Shown piece by piece: positions 33,980 to 45,662 of a DNA stretch of 64,000 nucleotides (positions within the stretch are counted from its first letter, which is position 1; each line of letters starts with the position of its first letter). Source of the stretch: Spizellomyces punctatus DAOM BR117 (taxonomy: Eukaryota); assembly GCA_000182565.2 (NCBI GenBank), contig KQ257450.1; one strand, written 5' to 3'. The notes beneath the pieces are model-generated. The model made no database searches. It was not told the origin of the DNA and worked only from the letters and a program-made list of their open reading frames with translations. The position numbers were made by a program, and so were the translations under genes.

Positions 33980-36900
33980 TCAGAAGGCCTTTGAGTCAAT
34001 TGCTGATGATGGACGGGATTTTATTCCAAACAAACTTGAGTCCTACTCATGCAAATTGAGATAGAATGCACATATGTAGTGGTGGCTATTACTCACATAC
34101 CTCTAGCTGGTAAAGCACGCATGACTGAAGTGCAGATTGGGATTCTGTTACAGCTGTGAGAGCATCAAAGGTGATTACTCCTTCTGGACCTACTCCTGCT
34201 TCGTCAAATATGCGTTGTAAAAGCTCCTGTAGGATGGCAGGGGGGTTACTCCTGTTGCGGGCCAAAAACATTGATCCAACAACCTTCTCAGTCAATTCAC
34301 CTTTGGAAACGGATCATGAATATTCTGTTCGCCGAGACGATGTGTTTCACCTAACAGCGTCGTGCCGAAATGAAGGATCTTGAATGAAGGAGGGATGGTG
34401 AGATCCCCGTATATGAACTCGGATGAACATCAATCTGGCCTACCTCATACACCTGGGGAAGTGAGCAAGCTCCGTCCTCTTGGTCACTCATTACAGCAAA
34501 TGCTTTCTGGAGACCATTCTTCGCAGATATGTCCAGGCAAGAAGACATCAGGAAATGGAAGGCATCAAAGAGATTCTCGCGCAGATCATCCTCTGGCGCC
34601 TCGAAGAAATCTTTATATCATTGAAAAGAGATCGAAAGATTACAGCTAGGATCAAGATGTAAAAAATGTTTGCATAGCTCTCGGCACTTACGGAACAATG
34701 CCTCCTTCAGCTTGGTACGTCTATTAAATTTCGCAATGAAGTCGTCCTGGAGCGCGGAATCATCCACCTCATCCTCAAACCAGAGTGGAATTCCCATGTA
34801 GTCTGACCGGTTTATCTATGAGTCAGAGTCAGTAATGGTGGATTGGGCTGATTCGAGATATGCGAATTCCAAACCTTCCATCCATCCGAGTTGACACTCT
34901 GATCCTTGTAGGAGTTCTTCAAATACATGAGTTGGTCGATACTTGGCACGGGCAATATTCGTGAGTTGATGATGAGAAATTTTCTCCAAGATATGAACCC
35001 CGTTTCGTACGGATCCAAAGATAGACATAGCTTGGAGACTACATGTCAGTAATGCGATACGATAGGATGCTAACGCCGTTTCAACCTGTTGCAACTGCGC
35101 GGGTTCCGCCGCGCTGTAATGCTCCGGAAGTTGCTCAGTACCCGAAGACACGCTGGCCATTTTCTGGAAATAGTCGAGGAATTCCTTGCAACTAATATAT
35201 CCGGAAGGTGCAATATTTCGAAATTGTCGACAAAGATTGACTAGCTGAGAAACTGTGAACTGATCCGGTACTATTGAGGAAATCTCAGTCACAAACACAG
35301 GATAAAATCAAGGTATAGGTGGGACCTACGAGGCTTTTCCAGGGGACTCGGTGGCCTTGGTTCCGGTTCTGGCTCATAGGTCAAAACCTGGAAGTCCACT
35401 TTGAATCTTTCGCCTTGCAGAATCAAGAGGTTTGGGAGCTTCGACTCTGCTTCGACCGCTTCTTTGATCACATTTAACATTTCTCGTATAGCATCCATTT
35501 CGGCAGCGAAGCGTGCCCCAATCCAGTCATCCAACGACGTATAAACGTCAATCGCCTTGTTTCGGAGCTCCTATGATATGTCAATACGTGGTAGTGCGTC
35601 AGGGAAGAGATTCACGCACCCTAAGGCTGTCCATGGCGTGCTGCTTCAGTCGGTCAATTTTTCGTCGCAGGGCGTGGTCCTCACGTTCCACTATTTTGTG
35701 ATAGTCGACAGGCAACTCAACCTCTGCTTCCGCTAACATGAATGTGCAAAAGTTTCAACCAGTGTGAAGACACTATTTCACGCACCTCACCTTACCTTTT
35801 TGCTCCACAGGCTCGATTTGACTAGGCTTTTTCTTATCTTTCTTCTCTTTTTCTGGTGATGGAGTTTCCTCATGGCTCACAAGAACGCTTAAGGCAGTAT
35901 CATATGCGGCTTGGATGTCGCTGAACATAGCATGCTCGTTCTCCCCAGTAGGCTGGTCTTTGTCACCTCCTGCTCCTGCGGTATGCCGAGGAATCTCCAT
36001 AACCGAGGCCATGCGAGCAACAGCTGGAGGCTTTTTCCCACCACCTGCATTTAAACCACCACTCGTCCCGCTGGAATTTACAGCTCCGGACTTCCCACCG
36101 GCCCTTGTGCTGGACGGCACAGTCAGTCGTGTTTGCTCCGCACTTCCCCCAATATCGCGCTTGTGTAGTTTCTGCATACTATCTGCTGAAGTATTCACAA
36201 ACAAGGAACCAATATCAAGGCTCGCTGACGCACTAGTACTGATCAACGGAATTTTGACATGTGAACGAATATTATCTGGGACGACCTTTGAGAGGCTCAG
36301 GATCATGATTCTTGCAAATACTATCGCAGAAGGACCTGCTACTTACGGTGCCCTGAGCATCTCGGAAATAGTCGGCAATCAGATGCTTTGTCCCAAGGTG
36401 CCGGTCAACCTCCACCTGCATCATTGTAATGTAAACGTTCGCCATAATTATGAAGTGATCTTCCACCCATTTGTCTTCAATGATTGACATCCGCTCTGTT
36501 TCTGCCTCTTCTTTCCGCTTATCGGACATCTCCCACAACCTTTCACGCAAATCTTCCGCCCTTTGATGAAGCTCTGCCTTGGCATCAGCGTCCGATCTAG
36601 AATCATAAATTAAAGATCTGCACCAGAATGAATAAATCAGCAAAGACAAACCGCAAATCGTCTTCCACGTTATTAAATTCATGTTGAAACAGCTCGATCA
36701 GATGTTGCTTCTGGTCAGGTCTCTCCAAGAATCTTTTGAAATTTACTTTGATTCCGTGGAAGTAGGTCAGAATGGCCTCCTTCTCCCTTCTCAGGGAGCG
36801 GAAGGCAAATTTTAAAGTGTCGGTGTAAGTATTTTCGACAGTTGCCCATTCTATGAGGGGTACGGCCTTGAGATTAGCAGCACCAAAGTAAAGCCAGTCA

Positions 36901-39900
36901 TGTGCACGTTCTTACGATCCGCAAGTACTTCTGCTAGATCTCGGGATGGCCAGCGTTTGCCATCCGGTGCGAGGGGTCGATTCAAAAGGGGTGTGGTCGA
37001 CTCGACTGGCAAATCCACCGAACCTGCCGCTACGCCTGGGTCTATCGAGCTCGCGATCTGTCTCTCACCTCCTGTCCCAGCAGACGCACTGGCGCCTTTA
37101 TCTCGTTTGATATCTTTGGCATCTGAGGTAGCTCAGAAGGAAAGGACCCATTCAATTGCGATGTTGAACATACGTCAGAGGAGTGCGGACGCACCTATTT
37201 GGGCCCGCTCCTTTGCACTGGCATTACCTCGGCCTTTCAGTCCATTGGTAGCTTCTATAGCCACACCAGCTCCAGCGCTCGCTGTCCTCGAAGTGGCCTT
37301 TTCCTGTCCTTTACTACTACCACTAGTACCTCTCGCCCGACCAGAAGCAGTTTTTCCCTTTCTATCGTCTTCTTGTACCTTGCCCAAGACAGGTCTAATA
37401 TCTGTACTGTTGACGACAGGAGATGCTTGAGCTCGATGTGTAATATTCACACGTTCGTCAACGACAGGTATTGCTAATTGTCGACTTGTACTCGCCCCGT
37501 CATCCGAGGGCTTATCTACTGCAATAGCGGTCACCATTTGATTAGGAGAAGACTTGCGCATCCGTCCAACAAACGCTCTTACGCTCATGAATTGGTGATT
37601 CCAGCAATCGTTCTACACCCTCCATGGTATCCTTCCCTGCTTGATCCTTGCACTTTTCTTTCCGTGCTATCAATTCTTGGATAATTTGATCAACTGTAGT
37701 ACAGACGTCGCTCGAGGTCATATTGCCATCTACACCCTATGCAGAGGCGCTGCTTAACATCGTCATCCTCCATTCGTGATGGACATACTACCTGCAAATT
37801 GCTGAAGCGAGCATACCACTCCTTCAGTAGATCCTGCTGATCTTCAAATGCAGCAATTTGATATTGAATCTGATTGCTTTCACTTTCATCTTCATTTAAA
37901 GGACACAATCTTTCCAGTAGACCCTACGAGGGAATCAGAACATGGTCCTAGCACGCTCATACCGGCAAAAAATTTACTTACCGGGTCATCAATCGGAGGT
38001 GGGTTGGTTTCCAAGTGGTACATCTCCCCAGTTAAAGGGTCAATCCGTCTTCCAGCCGCACGCTTACATGCCAGCTCATTTTCTACATCCAGTAGAATCA
38101 CAATATCAATTCCACTCGTGACATTGCCAGCCTTGTTCTCGGGCTGTCCTTCCAGGGGTACAATCTGTGAGCGTTGTCTGGACTTGTCTTTAGGGGTCCG
38201 CTTAAGGTTACCAAGTTTTACTGGTTTTGGATCTTCGTACCTACGTAGGCGAAATCAGCGAAGGTAGAGGAGACCTGGGTGTCGAACACTGTTTACCCGG
38301 AGAGTTCTCTTTCTAGAAGCTGCGCTTGATGGCGAGTCCTTGGGAAATCTGTCAGAACAAAGCCTCCATATGGATATGGTTTATCCTCATGCGTGTTTCT
38401 CCGGATCGCCTCGATAACTAGCGAGACCAGAAGGGCATCATCTGGGCTTCCTCCTTCTAGCATGTTAATCTGTATCTTAGCTCCTATCTGGGCTTTAGTT
38501 GCCCCCTTACTGCGAGGTTTCTCCCCATCAGAAGGCTTATATGTGATGTCCGCGTGCCTAAGGAACAATCATAGGTGAATGATATGACCCCAGAGCCAAA
38601 GCGGGGATGTCGCTCTGAAAACCGCACCTGATTGCATCTTGCACCAACTCATCCACAGAAAGAACGGAAAGACAGTATTTCGCCGCTAATTTCTTCGCCA
38701 GGGTCTTTTTTCCAGCGAAGGGCTTGCCAATCAAGGCTATTTTTAGTGGGACCGGGGGAAGAAATACGGCTTCACGCACAGGTTCTGGTGGTGCCGTCAT
38801 ATCCAGCAAAGTGTCAACCAGTTTTGCCAGCAGTTCGTTGGGAGAGAACTCGAGAGGGCTTCGCAAATGATCAGTTTTAGCTACTTTGAGCGCGCATTTT
38901 CAAATAAATTATGACACGCACGAGTCACCAGGGAACCCCCAGTCTCCTTTGCCTAACAAGTAGTCGTGGAATTCCTTCTCATCCAGCAGTTTAATGCTGT
39001 TGGTTATCGTCCGCCCTTCACGCGTCACTTCGCATCTGTCTCCGTCCCCGACAGTGTCACGGTCATACATTGCTGAGTCCACAACGTCAGATGTCAGCTC
39101 AGGATTATACTGCTGGTCCATAGAAGCACCGCTGGCAAACAGAAGCTTCCATTCGTCGACGAGCTTCCTGGGAAGGTCTTTCCCGTCATTTAAAGTACGG
39201 TATTCGGATATCTGGATTACGCAATGAGGACATCATCATCAGGACGGATATATATCCTTAACTGCTTACCCGCATTGACAGATCAACAATATCTTTAACG
39301 ATATCCAGACACACCCTATAGCGTTTGTTATGGTTCGCGGCTGCCTTTTCAGCCAAGATCTCTTGGTGTTGAGCCAATTGCATTGCTGTTTGCATCCGGT
39401 ACTCCTCCCTAGCTCTTTCGCAGAGGGTATACTCGCGAGCCAGAGAGTTTTCGTAGTCTTCTTGGCGGCGGTTTGTATACTGGTGCTCCCTGAATATTCG
39501 GTTCTCTTGCATTACCTCCCGCTCATGGCGTACGTGCATAAGCCTAAAATGAGAATTAGGCTTTGGCCAATTCTATAGTTTAGTTCCCAGTCTGCACCCA
39601 CTGCTCGGCTATCCGACGTTCTTGCTTGGATTGGCGCAAAAGTTTTGAAAGAGCCATTTCTTCCAATTGAGCCAGATCAGATGTTTCTTGGGCCTGATGC
39701 TCTTCCAAGGTCCGCTTTCGTCGGCGCTGATCCCGCTCGCGCTTGGATATGGCATCCTCAATTTTTCTGAGCTATTGTGGGATGGTAATCAAATCAAAGG
39801 CAATCTTTGTGCGAATCCGTGTCGTATTTACCCGCAACTTTTCCAGGTACTCATTGCTCTGCTTACACATGTTCTCAATGCTCGGCAATGTCCGCGACAG

Positions 39901-40125
39901 CATTTTCATGTGATTCAGTGGATCCATGGATGACTTTAGCACGATGAATCTCTTGGCATCTCTGGACTGAAATTCCTTATTGGGTCTACTAGGGTAGTTG
40001 GCCTGAACAGCGTCATCCTCCAACCCCGGTGCGACATCGCATCTGAAACGGCGCAGACGCTCTTCAAATATTTCCACCTCCGTTCGAAAAGTATCGACTG
40101 CTGACTGTTGCTGCTTGCTCTTCAT
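33980..40125 (-). CDS. SPEF2: Sperm flagellar protein 2 / CPC1 (central-pair protein), many exons
   Basis: Coiled coil HEREVMQENRIFRE, adenylate-kinase-like KIALIGKPFAGKKTLA and GFVLTDFPRT, lid RRIDPLTGEMYH, DDWIGARFAAEM, PRPPSPLEK, EF-hand-like C-terminus. Both ends are uncertain. Confidence 0.88.
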
Positions 40126-40305
40126 GCCGCCTGAGATCTGTACTCTCTCCCTGTATTGTATCGTGCCCCAGTTGGCCCCGCTGCTTACCTACTGATACCA
40201 AGATGGGTGGTGGCTTGGACGTGTCCTTGGTTGGAATGCATCGGCCATATTCTGCGTGATTGTGAAGGTCGTCTCGCCCATTGGTGTCAGGACGCCGGCT
40301 GGGAC

Positions 40306-42153
40306 ATGGAGAAATATCAAGTAGGTGCAATATCGCACCTTGCTCGCCCATTGAACTGACATTAGGCATGTCTGTTTTGCTCGAAAGAAAATAGAAAAAT
40401 TGGGAGAGGGTGAGAGTGACTATTTTGCCTGTTATTGCATGCAATCGGTTGCAAACCTGTCTATACAGGGACGTATGGTATTGTCTACAAAGCCCAGAAT
40501 AAAGATACGGGGGATATAGTAGCTTTGAAGAGGGTACGTCAAGGAATATGATTAGTTCAAGTGGAAACTGAGAGCTTTCTGACTTTGTATATCCACTAGT
40601 AGATCCGTCTCGATAATGAAGAAGAGGTAGGTGGAAATGATCTCTGATCGTTTCGTTCCCGAATCTGGGGCGGCTCTGATTCTCCCCTCCGTATTTATTG
40701 GGAATTAGGGTGTGCCATGTACTGGTACTATTCAGTGTTTTTGATGTATGGCGCTCGGCTTCCCCTTACTCCCGCCTTTCAGCGATAAGAGAAATATCAT
40801 TATTGAAAGAACTTAAACATTCGAATATCGTCCGGTAAGTGACAAGTTGAATTTTTTGCACCAGCTACGCACAGAAATAACTTGCTAGCAGCCTATATGA
40901 TGTAATACATACGGAAAAGAAGCTGACCCTGGTGTTTGAATATCTCGATTCCGACTTGAAGAAGTTTTTGGACGCTTACGGTGGTGATATCGATGTGCCA
41001 ACATTGAAAGTAAGTTAAGTTTTCTACACGTTTGCGCCTTCGGAACTTTATCTCATATCGAGGTTGCAGCATCTGCTGTACCAGCTGTTGAAGGGAATCG
41101 CATTCTGTCACGAGCATCGGGTATTGCATAGGGATCTCAAGCCACAGTGGGTTGACGTGGTGACTACTCTCGTGCGCGAATTGCTAAGATTGGATTCACA
41201 TAGAAACCTTCTGATCAATAAAAAATTGGAACTGAAGTTGGCTGACTTTGGCCTAGCCAGAGCTTTCGGAATTCCAGGTATATATAGAATGCGCTACTTT
41301 TGGTAGATGAGCAGTCCTCACATTTTAGGCATCCTTGCTAGTTCGAAGTTACTCGCATGAGGTGTGTGTCAGAGAAGGCAGTGCAGGAGGGGGTTCTCGA
41401 TTAACTGAGGCGGGCGAATCCCTTGCAGGTGGTAACACTCTGGTACAGAGCTCCGGACGTCCTCATGGGTTCTCGTCAATATTCAACGTCAATAGATTTA
41501 TGGTCGGCCGGATGCATCATGGCCGGTAAGATCGTTAGTTCACCCCCCTACTCACTTTACATCCTAATGGACGCTCTTACGTTGCTTTCACATAGAAATG
41601 GCTTCAGGTGGGTGCGAAGTGGGAATTTGGACAAGTCTTTTGCGAGATGTCTGGTTGATTCTGCGGCATGGTCAGGCCGCCCACTATTTCCAGGGAGCTC
41701 GATCAAGGATCAATTACTGCGTATTTTTAAACTCCTGGGAACCCCTGATGAAAAAGTACTGGTCATGATAGTGACATGTTGAGGTGAGGTGATATAGCTA
41801 ACTTATCATTTACTTAGAGCTGGCCGAAAGTGAAGGAATTGCCGGATTACAAGGTGTCGAGAAGGACTGTGACTTCATACTCTTGTGCGTGCATCTAAAC
41901 CTACATAACTTCTTAGCCGGACTTCCCCATCTACCCCCGAGCATCTCTAGAATCTATATCAAGTAAACTAGATGCTCACGGTCTAGATCTCCTTTCAAAA
42001 TTGATTGAATATCAACCAGAAAAGCGCATCAGTGCGGAGAGAGCTTTGCAGCGTAAGTTCATGTCTCCAAAAGTCGATTGCTTGGTAAATCTGTTAATGA
42101 GCCCACAACTAGATCCATACTTCAATGGGATAGCAGCAAAGGATGGAGAATAG
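40306..42153 (+). CDS. Cyclin-dependent kinase, CDK5/PHO85-like, PCTAIRE motif, 16 exons
   Basis: Spliced [21 protein letters not shown]...[29 protein letters not shown]...HRDLKPQ|NLLIN...[33 protein letters not shown]. Confidence 0.95.
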
Positions 42154-42170
42154 CGTAGCAAAGAGAAGAT

Positions 42171-43229
42171 TCATGTACATATCGACATAATTTCAAATGT
42201 GGCTGGCAATCGTGTTCTCAAAACGTACTCGCCATTCAGCCGATCGTTTTCGTCCCATCGAAGCCACGCCATCTCGAGAGTCGGTGCTGTCCGGAAGGCC
42301 ATGTGCCGATTGACTTATTTAGCTCCCATTCCTGTGACACCGTTGTCACTAAGGTCCAGGAAACTCACCTAGCCCAGTGGCGACGTGTCTCTTGCCAATC
42401 CGGTCACGGGCAAACTCGAGGGGAATCTGGATAAACCATCGTTCGTCACACAATGCATAGATGTCCGACCACGGCGGCGTCGCCGTATGAAGATATAACC
42501 CTTCCAAAAGAATGATACGATGCCTGAGGCATCTCAGTGAGAGATTAAAATCTTCAAAATTAATGCGCTGCATACTAACTGAGGACCAATATCAACGTCG
42601 TTCTCCACTGGATCTCCAATCGCTGATGCATTGCAACCAGTCATAAGAAAAGAAAATAATGCCGTAAAATGTCGGGCAATCACCATGGTCAAAGGACGGA
42701 GCCATTACAATGTCATGTGGGCGCTCTCGTAAGGTCCGGACCAGCAACAAGAGTTTGTTGGGGTTGAAAGTGAAGTGTGCTCCCCTGCGAGCGTGTGCCA
42801 TCGAGGGGTTCTGTGCCAATTAGGAGCTAAAGACTCTGGTATTCTGCTCATAATTTCAATGGCGCTACGAACCTCCATCTTGTCTAGCTCAGATTTGTAC
42901 AGGTGGAAACCATCCATCGGCAACACCCGACCAACATCGGCCTTCATTCGCAAGTTCACGCGTTGAATAACTTGCTGCGAAAGTGTTGACTTACCCGAGC
43001 CAGGAATACCTTTTTCACATTATGAGAAATGGTTAATTGGACAAGGTCGCAGATACGGGCGGTACCAGCGATTGCAATAATTATACGGGCATCTCTCGGG
43101 AGACTGGCAGTCCATATTAGAACGATCCCCAATTGGGACGTGGGCATTGGATAATGGTAAATGTCTTCTGGTTTACCTTTTCAACTTCTCTACCAAACGG
43201 TTGGCCATAGAATCATATGTGGACTCCAT
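42171..43229 (-). CDS. YFH7-like P-loop kinase (phosphoribulokinase/uridine/pantothenate kinase fold)
   Basis: IIIAIAG|IPGSGKST, LPMDGFHL, RRGAHFTF, APSFDH, IILLEGLYL, RHVATGL, ENDRLNG. Confidence 0.88.
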
Positions 43230-43757
43230 TAGCGTATCCAGTGCGTGGGAAAGTAGGTATGTCATCTGTGCCAGGTACGTACTGTACTGTACCTTGCGAC
43301 CTATTGAAATAACCACATTTATTGTGACATTGTCATCATGAAGATAAACAATAATCCACTTGTACTGTAGCCACGAATGAATTGATATTGCACTTGCCGC
43401 CATCTGATGATTGGAACATTCTGCAGTTACTCTCATTGTATCCCCACTTTATCCCACTTGTACCCTTGATATTTCCTATTGCCAATAGACGATGAAATGA
43501 AGATGCATTAACCATAATTCCGCTTGTAGATTTGTATGCACTAATTCAATCGAAATGCACTGGATAGTCTGTGTGGTTGCAATGTGGGTTGCAGTGTGGT
43601 ATCGAAATACAACTTGTGGCGAATGGAATGGGGTACAACACAAGTCGTCCGTGGGAGACATGCGCGGCGACTTGCGAGTTGGCTTTTTGGTCTGCCTCCA
43701 TGACCCCCCGCCCTTCTCGTCATATCCTGCGTTCAGTGGTTTCCATAAATGCGAACC

Positions 43758-45583
43758 ATGTCTTACATACAGGTGGATGAAGACTCTGACTTTCCACTAG
43801 AGAACATTCCGTTTGGAATCATATCCACAAAGGACAATGTACGACATGTATTATGGGCATGATGGCCTTTTTGTACTTAACATTTCCATGTAAACACCAG
43901 GACTCTCCTCGGCCAGCCACTGCTATTGGTCCATATGCGGTGGACCTGCGGGCACTTGCAAATGCGGGGGTATTTGATGACTGTAAATATCTGTGCAACA
44001 GGGTGGCCAAAAGGGTCTTTGGCCAGCCCACTCTGAATGCGTTCATGGAGCTTGGCCGAAACTCTTGGGTGGAAGCGCGCCAAACCCTACAGAGCTTATT
44101 GAGCAACAATGGCTTGCCGTACCTTCGAGAGTCCTCGACCTTGCGCGACCAAGCGCTGATCCCTCTCAGCAACGTCCAGTATCATCTTCCAGCCACTATC
44201 GGAGACTATACAGATTTTTACGCTTCGAAGGAGCATGCCATGAATGTGGGCTCAATGTTTCGGGGGAAGGATAACGCTCTCATGCCGAATTGGTACGCGT
44301 CGCCGATTCAAAGAGGACTGGCCGTCGCATTTTGACCCGTTGCACATGATAGGGTCCACTTGCCCGTTGGCTATCACGGTCGTTCTTCATCGGTGTTGAT
44401 CACTGGAACACCAATCAAGCGTCCGTCCGGGTTGGTGCAGAATGCACTTACTAAGGTTCCAGAGTTCTCTGTCTCGAAAAAGCTGGACTTCGAACTGGAA
44501 GTGGTAATGATATCTCAACTGTTGGGAAACGAGCTACGAACATGAGCCTATTGATTGAACTTGCTTGATTAGGCATGTTTTGTGGGCGTCGGGAATTCAT
44601 TAGGAAATCCTATTGATATAACGGCGTCTGAGGATCATATTTTTGGACTTGTGCTAATGAACGATTGGAGTGGTAGGGCGTGGATCTTCAGGCAATGCTT
44701 ATCGTACTATTTGAGACGACTTATCCGCCTTTTCCTTGCACCCTGAAGCACGCGATATTCAGCAATACGAGTACGTACCATTAGGACCGTTTCTGGGCAA
44801 GGTGAAGGTTTCTCCGTTGATCTGGTGCTGTGGATCGAAATCTCATGCCTTGTACAGAACTTTGGGACAACCATATCGCCTTGGATAGTGACGCTGGATG
44901 CACTTGAACCATTTCGCACTCAGCAACCGGAACAGGTAAATTGGATGCATTCCCTCATTCTGATAGATTTTTCCATGTTGACGGTAACTTTGACTTGGAT
45001 CGTGACCAGAATCCAACTCCTGCTGCATATTTGCGTGGGGGTCCGAGTGATGCATATGATATAAATCTCGAAGTCCTTCTGAAACGTATGCGCAATAACT
45101 ATGCGATTTTTGGATAAGATACTGAACTCAGCGTTTAGCGGCCGATATTCCCGACGCACGGATACTTTCCCGCTCAAACTTGAAATACATGTACTGGTCA
45201 TTCAAGCAGATGCTTGCGCATCACACTGTAAATGGCTGTAACATGCGACCTGGCGACCTTTGTGGGAGCGGGACAATCAGTGGTCCGGTAAGTACATCTT
45301 GGCAGTCTGCAGGCTCCTCATCTCTAGGCTAAATACCTATTTGTTTCAGACATCGGACTCACTGGGTTCTCTACTGGAGATCACAAAAAACGGCGCCATC
45401 CCTCTTGAGGATATTGAAGGGATCGAGGGTCGGACGTTCATTGAAGACGGAGATGAGATTATTCTGCGCGGGTATTGTATAAGTGAGCATAGTGGGAAAC
45501 GTGTTAAAATAGGATTCGGCGAGGCAAGTGGAGTTGTGCTACCAGCATCGAGCCTGTCCAATGCTGCTGTGAAACAAACATAA
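43758..45583 (+). CDS. FAH: Fumarylacetoacetase
   Basis: [86 protein letters not shown]. Confidence 0.97.
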
Positions 45584-45662
45584 TGGATTTCAATGCAAGA
45601 ACATATGAAAGCCCAAAACTACATAAGAATGTTGTAACAAAGGATGGCTTCAACGCCACCCT

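Noticed and set aside
39250..39265. U12-like TATCCTTAAC signal
   Set aside because: It is on the + strand, while the surrounding gene (SPEF2) is on the - strand, where the intron is an ordinary GTAAGC...CAG.
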